Notes: a model not told the origin generated them from the sequence alone. A DNA stretch of 64,000 bases from Anthoceros angustus (GCA_010909165.1 VJWM01000220.1:124001-188000), one strand, 5' to 3'. Shown: positions 26,014-38,850, counted from the stretch's first letter. Made by a program: numbers and translations.

Positions 26014-27712
26014 AAGTAGCTCTCTATGCTTGAGCCCTACACTCTCTACTGCCCAATGCTACTCTAGCTTTCTTCTATTGCTAATCATGTACCGTGGAGA
26101 TGTCTTCTTGGGCAGCAATCAAGTGTAGCATCAAGTTCTCTAAGGATGCGCAGCCTGTGCATCCATTTCCTTTTCGCTTTTACTGATTTTTGTCGAGCTC
26201 AAGGCATAGCTCAACAACTTCGATTGTATACACCTCGAAAAGCGTAGCGAGAATAAGAACTTACGCCTTCAAGAGATAACAGGTTGCTTGCTCTCCCAAT
26301 CAAAATTAACCAAATCATATTGGGCAGAAGCAATGGTTACAGCAACATATCTCATCAATAGAATGCCAACCTCAGCGGTTAAAGATATGACATCTTATGA
26401 AGCATTTACCGACAGAAAGTCTTCCGTAGATCATCTTCGGATTTTAGGCTGTACAGCTTATGTTTATATACCTAAAGCACAGCGCAGGAAATTAGATGAT
26501 AAGGCTGTCAAATATACTTTTATTGGCTACACTGAAGGCATTAAAGGATACAAATTATTTGATCTTGTTTCAAAGAGACTCATATACGCCAGAAGCATTA
26601 CTTTTCATGAGTCTCCAATACTATCTCCTTCAGTGGATTCTCCTGTTTTCGTTCCTGACGACAATCATCTGCCTTCGTCTTTTGATAATGACGAATTTAT
26701 TACCCTACATTCCACCCTTTCCTCTCCTCCGGTTGAACCTATATTGCAGGAGGAGGAGGAGCCATCTTCTCAAGGCGACCAACTACTCCATCCGGATATC
26801 GAAATTCCTCAACACCTTGAAGATCTTCCTGATATCCTGGACAATGAACTTTCTGAGCCTGAATATCTGGATGAAGATGAGCCGGTTCCTCCTATACATG
26901 AACCAGCTCCTGTAGAAGACGATAACACTTTAGAACAAGTCGTCAACGAAGATGTACAACCTGCACCAAGGTACAACCTAAGACCCAGACCTGCTGTCTC
27001 TGGACCTGCAGGATGGAAGGAACCACCTCTAGGATACCTTACTACTACTTTTGATGATCCCTCCTCACCTTTCTCCCATTTTCATCAAGCTGTTTACAAA
27101 GCCACAGTTGATCCTTAAGAGCCACTAACCTTGAAACAAGCCTTTTCCTCTCCTGAGAAAGACTTATGGAAAGCCGCAGTGGACTCTGAGTATGAGGGCC
27201 CCTGCAAAAAGAAGGCTTACTCGACCTCCATGGCAGAGAAGGTGATGCCGAGAGCAGTATCGAAGGATAATTAAACGCAAGGGTGATGGTTCCATTGAGA
27301 GATATAAGGCAAGACTAGTAGCCAGAGGTTTTACCCAAATACCGGGTTTAGATTACATACCTTGGGCTACTTATGCTCCAGTTGCAAAATTTTCTTCCTT
27401 AAGAATGATAATTGCCTTGACCACTCAACATGATTTACACCTTCACATGATGGATGTCAAAACTGCTTATTTGCAGAAGATTCTATTTCAATGGGGACTT
27501 AATAGGTTGAACCACCTGTTGCTCTTGCTAGAAGTCTCGCTATTAAATCTCAGTTAGTTGAGCCGGCACATATGAATCAGACGCATTCAAGAAGAAATAT
27601 ACATGAAACAACCTGAGGGTTATGAGGTCAAAGGCAAAGAAGATATGGTATGTAGACTAATCAAAGGTCTCTATGGCCTAAAGCAATCTGGAAAGGAATG
27701 GAACAAAGATAT

Positions 27713-29631
27713 ACATTATTTTATCATCTAGGGCATTAGGTAGTTATCTATTTAATTACTCTAGGTAGTTAGTAGTTATATTAGTTACAACAACTTGATG
27801 GTTATAACAATATGGGTTATAACAACATATTGTTATAACCACCTAACCACCTCAACCACTTAGCCTATATAAAGGCTTGTACTTTACTCTTTAATTCAAT
27901 CACATTGTAGCACTTCGTGCCTAAGAGCTATGATTCTCATCATGGTATCGAGCAAGTAGCTCTCTATGCTTGAGCCCTACACTCTCTACTGCCCAATGCT
28001 ACTCTAGCTTTCTTCTATTGCTAATCATGTACCGTGGAGATGTCTTCTTGGGCAGCAATCAAGTGTAGCATCAAGTTCTCTAAGGATGCGCAGCCTGTGC
28101 ATCCATTTCCTTTTCGCTTTTACTGATTTTTGTCGAGCTCAAGGCATAGCTCAACAACTTACAGTTGTATACACACCTCAGCAAAACGGCGTAGCAGAGA
28201 ATAAGAACTTACGCCTTCAAGAGATAACAGGTTGCTTGCTCTCCCAATCAAAATTAACCAAATCATATTGGGCAGAAGCAATGGTTACAGCAACATATCT
28301 CATCAATAGAATGCCAACCTCAGCGGTTAAAGATATGACATCTTATGAAGCATTTACCGACAGAAAGTCTTAGTAGATCATCTTGGATTTTAGGTCTGAC
28401 TTATGTTTATATACCTAAAGCACAGTAGAAATTAGATGATAAGGTCAAATATACTTTTATTGGCTACATCAAGGCATTAAAGGATACAAATTATTTGATC
28501 TTGTTTCAAAGAGACTCATATACGCCAAGCATTACTTTTCATGAGTCTCCAATACTATCTCCTTGATTGGATTCTCTGTTTTCGTTCGACGACAATCATC
28601 CGCTGCCTTTTGATAATGACGAATTTATTACCCTACATTCCACCCTTTCCTCTCCTCCGGTTGAACCTATATTGCAGGAGGAGGAGGAGCCATCTTCTCC
28701 AAGACGACCAACTACTCCAGATCCAGATATCGAAATTCCTCAACACCTTGAAGATCTTCCTGATATCCTGGACAATGAACTTTCTGAGCCTGAATATCTG
28801 GATGAAGATGAGCCGGTTCCTCCTATACATGAACCAGCTCCTGTAGAAGACGATAACACTTTAGAACAAGTCGTCAACGAAGATGTACAACCTGCACCAA
28901 GGTACAACCTAAGACCCGGACTGCTGTCTCGGACTGCGGGATGGAAGAACCACCTCTAGGATACCTTACTACTACTTTTGATGATCCCTCCTCACCTTTC
29001 TCCCATTTTCATCAAGCTGTTTACAAAGCCACAGTTGATCCTTAAGAGCCACTAACCTTGAAACAAGCCTTTTCCTCTCCTGAGAAAGACTTATGGAAAG
29101 CCGCAGTGGACTCTGAGTATGAGGGCCCCTGCAAAGAAGGCTTACTCGACCTCCATGGCGAGAAGGTGATGAGAGCGATGTCGAAGGATAATTAAGCAAG
29201 GGTGATGGTTCCATTGAGAGATATAAAGGCAAGACTAGTAGCGGAGGTTTTACCCAAATACCGGGTTTAGATTACATACCTTGGGCTACTTATGCTCCAG
29301 TTGCAAAATTTTCTTCCTTAAGAATGATAATTGCCTTGACCACTCAACATGATTTACACCTTCACATGATGGATGTCAAAACTGCTTATTTGCAGAAGAT
29401 TCTATTTCAATGGGGACTTAATAGGTTGAACCACCTGTTGCTCTTGCTAGAAGTCTGGCTATTAAATCTCAGTTAGTTGAGCCGGCACATATGAATCAGA
29501 CGCATTCAAGAAGAAATATACATGAAACAACCTGAGGGTTATGAGGTCAAAGGCAAAGAAGATATGGTATGTAGACTAATCAAAGGTCTCTATGGCCTAA
29601 AGCAATCTGGAAAGGAATGGAACAAAGATAT
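27713..29631 (+). repeat. Tandem duplicate of 25772-27712 (partial LTR, PBS, IN C-half, start of RT)
   Basis: Near-identical copy; junction at ACATTA microhomology. Confidence 0.9.
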
Positions 29632-30726
29632 ACATTACAAGCTTATTAAGTATGGCTTTATTCAAAGCAAAGCTGACGCAAGTATGTATATCTTAAAATC
29701 AAAACATCATACACTTTACCTCTTACTTTATGTGGATGACTTATTCTTAGCATCATCCTCACTCTCCCACCTAGCTGAAGTTAAAGCTTGGTTAAGAAGT
29801 CACTATGAAATGACGGACTTGGGAGAGCTAACCTATGCCCTTGGCGTCAATGTTATAAGGGATAGAGGTAATAAATCTATCAGCCTAGTTCAGACAAAAT
29901 ATATAAAAGAAAGTTTAGCCAAGTTTGGACTTGAAGACGCTAAACATGCTGCCACACCATTCCCTAGTGGCACACGGCTCACTTCTGACATGAGCCCTAA
30001 GACAAATACTGAAAAAGAAGAGATGTCAGCAGTACCATACAGACATGCTGTTGGTACATTAATATATTTAAGCAACTTCACTAGACCAGACATATCTTTT
30101 GAAGTTCGTGCAGTCTCACAATTTTTGGAGAATCCTGGAAGACAACATTGGCAATGCGTCAAATGCATATTCAGGTATCTCAAAGGGACTATGCACACTG
30201 GACTGATGTATAAGCATACACCCGGCATATCCAAGTTAAACTTAAGAGCATATGCTGATGCTAATTATGCTGGAGACCCAGACAGCCGAAATCTGTATCT
30301 GGCTACGTCTTACTACTTGGAGGAGCTCCCATCTCATGGTCAAGAAAGAAACAACCAACTATTGCTTTGTCAAGCACTGAGACAAAGTATAGGGTTCTAA
30401 CCTCAGTCTCCAAAGATATAGTCTGGAGTAGGTTAGCATTGAGTGAGCTGAACTATCCTCAAAATGAGCCCACACCCCTGTTCAGTGATAGTCAGGGAGC
30501 TATAGCTTTAGCCAGGAACCCTGTCTTCCACTCAAGGACTAAGCATATAGCAGTAGAATATTATCACATACGCGAGATATCAGAAAATAAAACAATAGAT
30601 ACAAATTACATCCAAACCCATGAGAATCCAACTGATCTGTTAACAAAGTCATTAGGGAGAGATTTGCATTCAAAGCATATGAAAATGTTAGGTATCCAAG
30701 AGGTCAAAACCAACTTAGCAAGCTAG
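29522..30726 (+). pseudogene. Copia RT C-terminal part and RNase H, frameshifted
   Basis: LYGLKQSG, LLYVDDL, TRPDISF, YADANYAGD, SDSQGAI, HSRTKHI. Confidence 0.92.
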
Positions 30727-31401
30727 CTAGTGGAGATAACTAAAAATCCTATAATCCACAAAGCTTGTCAAGCATTGAAAGTTCCTCTTCTAACTCTAAG
30801 TAGTCTTCACAGTACTCCTTAGCTTCTCTCTCTAATGCCCAAAAGGATCCTACAATAAACCCCAGAGGTTAAGTGATGAAATGATATAAACTAAAATGTC
30901 TTTCAATGTGAATCAAGAATCAAGGATACCATAATAGAAATCAAGGATTTGGGTCCATGTGAAGTCCATCCTGCTACGGTTCCAAATCACAATTGTATCT
31001 TGTTTGCAGCACGCCCTGATCGCCGTTTTTTTTAAACGGATTTTATTCCAGCCCGAGGCGCCACACCAGATGGGAGTGCGCCACACCAGATGGGAGGTCG
31101 AACCCGGATGGCTCGGGTGGTAGACACAGTTACTAACCACCATACCAAGGCAGCTTCTTATTTCACTATTGTTTTTAGTTAATTTATATACACTAGCTTA
31201 GATCCTTTACATCCTCATTAGTTGTAATATGCTTTGGTACTAATCAATCTTTTTATGTATTTTGATCTCAATGATGATAGTGATGACAGTGAAGCATTCA
31301 ATACATTGTTTGGCAATTTATTTGACACTTTAGAGATAAAAATTCCTGTAGAGTATTCTATATGGGATTTTTCTCCACAAGCTAAACAATCTAGATTAAA
31401 C

Positions 31402-33582
31402 ATGTCGGGATCTTCTTCTTTGCCTCCCGCTCTTCTCACTCCTCTTAGGATAGAATTTAAGGATAGAGATACATTTAATGGGACAGATTACACTATATGG
31501 GCAATGCGGGTGTCACAAATTTTAGAAGAAAATGAATTGATGGGGGTTGTAGACGGGTCTGAACCTACTCCTGCTCCAGGAGCCGCCCCTGATCTCATTT
31601 TGGAATGACAACGGAAGGATCGGCGTGCAAGAACTATTATTATTTCTGCTCTAGATCGGAATATGATGACACATACCTTGGGTGCTGCCACTTCAAGTGA
31701 TGTGTGGAATAACTTTAAGATGATTTATAAGGATAGGAGCTCAGCCTCCCTAGTACAAGCCTTCAGGAATTTTTAGTCTTCGTATGAAAGACAATGAGAC
31801 TGTGGAGTCTTATATCAGTGTTTCGCACTTGTCGTGCTAACCTTGCATATTGTGGAGCAGTTTAAGTGAAGTTCTGTCACCTACTTGCTACTCTTCCCAA
31901 GCATATCAATCTTTTGTAAGCGCACAAAGCGCCATTGTAAGGACGGCTAGTCAAACAACAGTTGCAGGTGCAACTCCAGCTATTACACTTCAGGAGGTGT
32001 TTGGAGCTCTTCTAGCAGAGGAGCGAACCCTTGGACTCAACAAAATGAAGGCTAGTTCAAGTGGTCAATCTAACTCTAGAATTTTGTTCACTTCTCGAGG
32101 CAGAGAGGGCTTTCGAGGATGTGGCAGGGGACGTGGTTTCCCCAACCAAAATTTTCAGCGTTCCACAAATAATCCACAGCAACACCAAAGAAAAGTTGTC
32201 ACTTGTTATTGGTGCAAGATACCCGGCCATATTGAGAAGGATTGCCGGAAGAAAAAGGCCGGTGAGCCTCGACGAGATACAAGTCTCCCTGAATCAAATG
32301 TCACAACAACAAAAGCTAAGTCACCCACAATCTTAGCTGTTTGTCTTTCATCTGTCCATTCTCAAGTAGAAACTTGGTTTTTAGATTCTGGAGCCACTAG
32401 TCATATTTGTTTTGACAGACACTCATTTAAAACTTTCTCACCCACATATGATGCCAATCAGTTTGTGCTTTTGGGTGATGACAATGGGCTTTCCATCAAA
32501 GGCTTGGGCTCAGTGGTCATACAGCTCCCAGACGAGTCTTCACTTATACTTTCTGGTGTTTTATTTGTCCCATCTATGACCAAAAATTTGATGTCAGTGA
32601 TTAAGTTGTCATAAGAACACTCTTGCCGAGTCTGCTTTGATCAATCTGGTTGCACTGTAACGCATGTTCCATCAAGTCAGGACCTTTTCATAGGCACCCC
32701 TTTTCATGATTTGTACTTGTTAGATGTCAAATCAATAGTGCAACCACAACCCACTCAATTTGTCAATGCCACTCAGAGGCCAGCGTTAATGCAACTTTGG
32801 CATTGTCGTCTAGCCCATGTTAATTTTCAGCATTTAGCATCTCTAACAAAGGGTGATAGTTTTCGAGATCCACTTACCTATCTCCTTCTAGTCACCTCGC
32901 GCTGTCGACAGTAAAGCCTTTCTAAGCCATACGGATCTCCACTCAACAAGGGCCTCGCCCTTTTGGATACTATTCATAGTGACATTTGTGGCCCTATGTC
33001 CACCACTCATTTGGAGGAGTTGTTTATTTTATTACATTCATAGATGAATGGAGCTATTGTATTGTTTATGTGTTAAGACATAAAAGTGAGGCTGAAAGAC
33101 ATGGATTGGCAAGACATGGATTTAGTCAATATTACCACTTTTATTTTCAGCACCGACTTGTTGGATTACCACGGATCCTAGCATATGAGCTTCGATTGCG
33201 ATTACATCCTCATCTTGACATGGGGAAGGAGGTGTTGCCCTCGCGAGCGGAGGCCGTTAATGCAACTTTGGCATTGTCGTCTAGCCCATGTTAATTTTCA
33301 GCATTTAGCATCTCTAACAAAGGGTGATAGTTTTCGAGATCCACTTACCTATCTCCCGTCTAGTCACCCCTTCTGTGACGCCTGTCAGCTTAGTAAAGCC
33401 TTTCTAAGCCACATACGGATCTCCACTCAACAAGGGCCTCTGCCCGTTTGCATACTATTCATAGTGACATTTGTGGCCCTATGTCCACCAGCTCATTTGG
33501 AGGAGTTGTTTATTTTATTACATTCATAGATGAATGGAGCCGCTGTTGTATTGTTTATGTGTTAAGACATAAAAGTGAGGCT
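31402..33582 (+). pseudogene. Copia gag, zinc knuckle, protease, GAG-pre-integrase and integrase N-half, with stops and a ~475-bp tandem duplication
   Basis: FNGTDYTIW, CYWCKIPGHIEKDC, WFLDSGATSH, LWHCRLAHVN, HSDICGPM, FIDEWS, LRHKSEA. Confidence 0.9.
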
Positions 33583-33904
33583 GAAAGACATGGATTGGCA
33601 AGACATGGATTTAGTCAATATTACCACTTTTATTTTCAGCACCGACTTGTTGGATTACCACTTCGGATCCTAGCATATGAGCTTCGATTGCGATTACATC
33701 CTCATCTTGACATGGGGAAGGAGGTGTTGCCCTCGCGGCGCACGGCATGATGCAACATGAGCCACCAGCACAGGTGCGAGGAGCTTGGGAGAGGGAATCT
33801 TCGCGGGCATACCTGCGAGACACATGCAGGTGGCCTGAAAGTGACGGGTTTTCTCCCGTGAGCGGAGCGGCCAGCCGAACGGCTGTACCGGACCCCCGAC
33901 GCGC

Positions 33905-33958
33905 CCACCAATGGCGCATCGGCCACCAATGGCGCATCGGCCACCAATGGCGCATCGG
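33905..33958. repeat. 18-bp tandem repeat x3
   Basis: ccaccaatggcgcatcgg three times. Confidence 0.9.
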
Positions 33959-34330
33959 GGGTGGTTGGGGCCGGATAAACCCGCAACCGGTTTATCCGCA
34001 AGTTATTTTCAATCATTCTTTTAAAAGGGACACTCAACAGGTCCCCCATCCCGGTACTGATCCGGGTATAGGATGCTTAACTGCGGAGCTTTGATGAAGC
34101 TCCGTGTAACAGCCCGGGGTATAGGATGGTTTTGCGGAGCTTTGATGAAGCTCCGTGTAGCAGCCCAGTAAGACCACACCACGAAATAACCATGTAAAGT
34201 TTTGGTATATTTACTTTTTCAGCTCTTAGTATCGGTTTATTTCTTTTTAAGCTTATAACTTTGAATTAAGTGGGAGCCTATTAATGTTTTAGACCTCATT
34301 TTAAAGCTAGAGTTCACCCCTACATTCATA

Positions 34331-34608
34331 GTGAGTGGGAGTGATGAAATATATCTAGTTTAGGGTACTATTCATTAGGGCCACATTACTTAAACATTAT
34401 TTTATCATCTAGGGCATTAGGTAGTTACCTATTTAGTTGCTCTAGGTAGTTAGTAGTTATATTAGTTACAACAACTTGGTGGTTATAACAACATATTGTT
34501 ATAACCACCTAACCACCTCAACCACTTAGCCTATATAAAGGCTTGTACTTTACTCTTTAATTCAATCACATTGTAGCACTTCGTGCCTAAGAGCTATGAT
34601 TCTCATTA
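34331..34608 (+). repeat. PPT followed by 3' LTR (267 bp; terminal CA mutated to TA)
   Basis: gtgagtgggag then tgatgaaat...tctcatta, followed by TSD aaatc. Confidence 0.93.
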
Positions 34609-35729
34609 AAATCTAGCTCGGTGACTCTCTGATTTTAGTTTTTCATTAGCGCTCTTTCCTTAATCCATTTTTTATAATCCAAATTTGAAATATCTATAAC
34701 TCAAATAAACAATCAACAACAATAGTTCATCCTTGAATTCTCGTATTGCACCCGTTAAATAGTCTTTGAATCGTCGCATGACACTTCTTTAGCTTGTATG
34801 GCTAAGAGTTGCTTGCAGCCATCGGAGACTGAAAAAAAATTCGGGTTTGAGAAGGACTTCTTGACAAGATTGTTCACTGAGTTTTTTAAGCAAAATCTCT
34901 TTGAAGTAGCAAACAGTGCACATGACAGTTTGGAAGTGATACTTGGTCTTAGTCTTCAGAAACCAAAGGGCATTCGTGTTCGCCGTAGGAACAAAATTAT
35001 TCTCATTGCCGGGAATTAAACCTTGGTAAAAATCAAATAACAAGTATGGACCAACTTAGCGTTCATACTTAAACCACTATACTACAACAAGTTTGTTATA
35101 CATTACGTCATGTATACACGCCTTGCTTGGCCAAACCCTGGCCCGTTCGGGCCATATTGGGGAACTATTTGTGTGGCGCGGCGCGCTTTGTCCAGCTTTG
35201 TTTTATTATTCTGTTTTGCTTTGTTCAACTACGAGCAAGTCACCATAGGAGCGTGTCTCAGCCATCTCCAAAACATTTTTTGCTGCTGCGGCCTTCATGT
35301 GCGTGATTTTCGGAGTGCTGATCGAGTGCAACATAGGGGCCGCTAATTTCTTTTAGCTCGATGAGGAACAATTTTGGATGCGGCAGCAAAATCGAAATCT
35401 TGCTTCAACCCTCCGCCCTGAGACCTGCGATTTTTTCTTGGTGAAGGATTTTGTTTGAGCCCGCCGCAAATAAAGGTCCACTTCTCTCCTTGTCTTGTGC
35501 GTTGTGTGCTTCACTTCATATTTAGTATCTAATTCTCAAGTGATATGTGGATGTTTACATGACAACTTTATTTACATAAGACTATAAGTGCGAACGAAGT
35601 ACATTGGTACGTGGAATTTATCTACGCGGAAATTTATCGTTGATCGTATGTGTACTAGTCTGCCACACAATCAATGATAAGGTCGGAACAACTAAAATAT
35701 GATAATTGTTAACAAGACTATACAAGAAC

Positions 35730-36180
35730 GTCAATTGAATGAAATGCAGTTAAATGTTAGCTCTATTTAATATTAGCTCTATTTAATAGTAGTTCTATTT
35801 TCCCAAATGAATGAATTAATCTCTCTGGGTTATGGTATAATGCATATATGCTTTAGTTTTTGAACTGAGTGTTATAATATGATACTATCAATATGATTAC
35901 TACTATGAAAGCTTCAATTGAACGAAGTGCAATTGACTATTAGTTCCATTTAAAATTAGCGTTATTTAATATTAGCTCTAGTTTCCATCTTAATGGAGTT
36001 AATCCTTCCAGATCTTGACATCATGTAGATAGACCTTTGTTTTGGATGTAAGTGCTAAAATATGATAAAGTCAACATGATCATGTGAGGCTTCAACTGAA
36101 CAAAGTGCAATTGAATTTTAGTTCTATGAAATTAGCATCATTAAATATTAACTATATTTGGCATATTCAAGGAGTTAGTC
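35730..36180. repeat. Three diverged AT-rich ~180-bp tandem units
   Basis: caa(t/c)tgaa...gca...ttag.tc.at...attag recurs at about 35730, 35910 and 36090. Confidence 0.7.
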
Positions 36181-36840
36181 CTTGTGCGTTGATGCACAGA
36201 GGTAGTTCATTAGATGAAGCGAGAGAAAAAGATGGGGCCCTTCACAAAATGGATCTGCCATGACAACAAGCTTCTATCTACACTTTCCTAACCGGGTTCA
36301 TAAAACTTGGCCCCATGTGCAAAGTGGAGAACTCACAATCCGTGCCGCACATGCGAAGCCCTCCCTGAGTGGTTGCCACTAGTGGACGCGTGGCAGGAAA
36401 GCCCTCCGTCCTCCAGCGCAATCGGAGGACACCTGTCTCTACACCCACCGCCTATATCCCGCATCTCAGTCCAGGATGCGGAAAGGTGGCCAATGCAGAG
36501 TTGGAAGGCGCTGCCATGACGACGATTGCGATCTGGAGATATGGCACAATGGTTAGCGGGGAGATGAGAGGCAAGCAGGCCAAGTCTGGTAAATAGGCAA
36601 GATGAGGGAAGGGCAGGCACGGAAAACTAGAGATCAGGTAGTAAAGACCCTGATTTGGCAAGCAAGTTCATGCACATACTAGAGTGAGAGGTTCTCGGGG
36701 ACATGCCCCGAGGTGGACCTTGTAACTGTGAGACAAGTAGTAGTCTCTCATCGGATCTTACTTTTCTTAGAGAAGTCTGCAAGAAACAGTGGGACCGATA
36801 ATTATGGGCAAGAGACAAACCAATGATAGTGCAATTTTAA

Positions 36841-38324
36841 TCACTAAACGTCCAAGAGTTTCGGATCGAGACTTTGAACCTATTTTTTCTACCGTAACTA
36901 ATTCATAGAAATTTAAAAATTTACTATTGATTAACCCCATGCTGAGGTTTCAAAAATTGGCAACCTTGAAGGCCATTGAATCGCCTTGGAATGGGAGCAG
37001 AGGGGCATGGCAACGGCGATGAGGCATTGCGAGCTGGAAAAGAAACAAAGTGCGAGGTTGAACTGCGGCGAGCAAAGAGAGTGGTATGGTCCGGCCACGG
37101 TCCCGCCACTTAGCCGGTGCCATGGACCTGCCCAGCAGGTGGGTCCACTCTCTCTCTTCACTGGCCTTGAATGACCGTTCTGGTTTTAGAATTGCATAAC
37201 CACTGAATTGGCTGTTGCCCATGATTGTCGATCCCATTGTTGCTTGCACACATTTTCATGAAAGGTAAGATCCAATGAGAGATTGCCACTTGTCTCGCCC
37301 TTACAAGTCCACCTCGGCTAGCGACGTGCTACCACTTCCCGACTCCACCTTGGAGGTGTAGTGCACTGCTTGTTGTTCGGGAGTTTCTATACCTATTCCA
37401 TGTGAAATGGGCCTCTGACCGTGCAAGTGCAGCGAGCACGAGGAGTGTAGGAGAGCCAGAGGCTGGAGGACGGTGTCCTCGTGGGCTCCGGGTATGCACG
37501 TGAGATCCGTAGTGAGTGGCAGGAGAGAGAATCCGGCCATGTCCACTAATGACAGCGACCTAGTAGGGAGGGGCTTCGCATGCGCGGCACGAAAGGGCCT
37601 CGCCGTTTCTCTTGGTGTATCTGATGAACTATCAATCAATTTTCCTTGGATTTCTCGCGGTGATTGGCAGTGATCTTTCAGCATTTCCAATTGTATTTTT
37701 TACCTGAGCCCGTGGCTGGAATAGTTCGAAAGACCCCAAAGAAGGGCATCCCGACCGAAACTCCGGGAGGTTCCTTTCACATTGGAAACTACAATTCTAC
37801 TTCAATGAAGGCAACCAAAGGCTTGTTGGAAAGCCTGCATAGAGCTTGGCACTACTCTAATTAATCTATGATCACAACATTTACAGAAAATCAGAAACCA
37901 CAATGCTTGAATTTCTCGGAAAATAGGGATAGTTGTGTAGGGGTTAAAACCGGAATGGCAAGTCAAGGCCACTGAAGAGAGAGAGTGAACCCCTCTGCTA
38001 GGCGGGACCAGGGCATCGGCTAGATGGGGAGACCACGGCCGGACCATGCCACTCCCCTTGCTCGCCGCAGTTCTGCGCCGTGCTCCGTTTCTTTCCCAGC
38101 CAGCCATGCATTGTCGTCGATGGCATGGGTCTTCTACTCCCTATCCTAGGCCATTCAATGGCCTTCAAAGTTATCAATTTCGGAAACCTGGGCATGGGTA
38201 GATGCGCCTTTTCGCGGTCGACTAAATCCGATCATTCATAGAAAAATTCTAAATTTTTATGAATTAATTACGATATGAAAAATAAGTCCAAAGTCTCGAT
38301 CCGAGACGTTTTGTCGTTTAGTGG
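36841..38324. mobile_element. Non-autonomous DNA transposon with ~340-bp diverged TIRs, flanked by TTAA
   Basis: 36841-~37185 is the reverse complement of ~37945-38324; ends (T/C)CACTAAACG...CGTTTAGTGG; TTAA on both sides. Confidence 0.8.
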
Positions 38325-38724
38325 TTAACTGCGGAATTCTCAAGGTTTCCAACGGCAAGCTCCGCGACGCCCAAAACGCTCACCCACGGGTAACCTACGA
38401 CGGTGTTCCCAACTCTTGTCCAGTCTTGAGCAGTCTTACAAAATGAAATTGTTGCAGGGTAGGCAGAACGCGCATTGGCGTCTCGTCCCTAATAGAATAT
38501 CCCGTCGCAAGGGAAGAGCCTAACTGCAGGGAAGCAGCCGCAAAAGATGCTCTCCCGAGAGTTCGTAAATCAAAGGCTACAACCACTGGCCAATATCATC
38601 GCACGCCAAACTAGAGGAGTTAGTGTAGGAATGAGCTAGAAGCTGCTTTAGTAGGAAGCATGCCGAGGCTTTTTCCAGTCAACAAAGTATAGCCACCAGG
38701 ATTGCTCAACCTGTCGCCTATATT

Positions 38725-38850
38725 CTCCACAGGAGCCTAACCGCTGTTGAGCTGTAGCATCTGGCAACCTGTGGGAGCTGCAACCTAGTAACAACGTTCT
38801 CCTTGAGCAACATTTTGCTGGTCAGAGTGTCAGCGATTACACTTAGACTC
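38725..38850 (+). pseudogene. Diverged duplicate of the ABCI17 last exon
   Basis: tctggcaacctgtgggagctgcaa...ttctccttgagcaa...tacacttagactc matches 24698-24788. Confidence 0.88.

Larger units (their letters stand above)
25720..34608 (+). mobile_element. Ty1/Copia LTR retrotransposon, decayed, with permuted internal domain order
   Basis: LTRs 25720-26001 and 34342-34608; TSD AAATC on both sides; Met-tRNA PBS; PPT; IN C-half, RT (YVDDL), RH, then gag, CCHC knuckle, protease (LDSGA), IN N-half. Confidence 0.93.

Noticed and set aside
33570-33585. Splicing from IN-N across the LTR to IN-C on a circular template, restoring integrase
   Set aside because: The segment with the second catalytic Asp is absent from both ends, and gag and pol carry stops, so no functional product is possible.
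33905-34170. Short repeats as a CRISPR array
   Set aside because: Tandem units without unique spacers, no cas genes, eukaryotic TE context.
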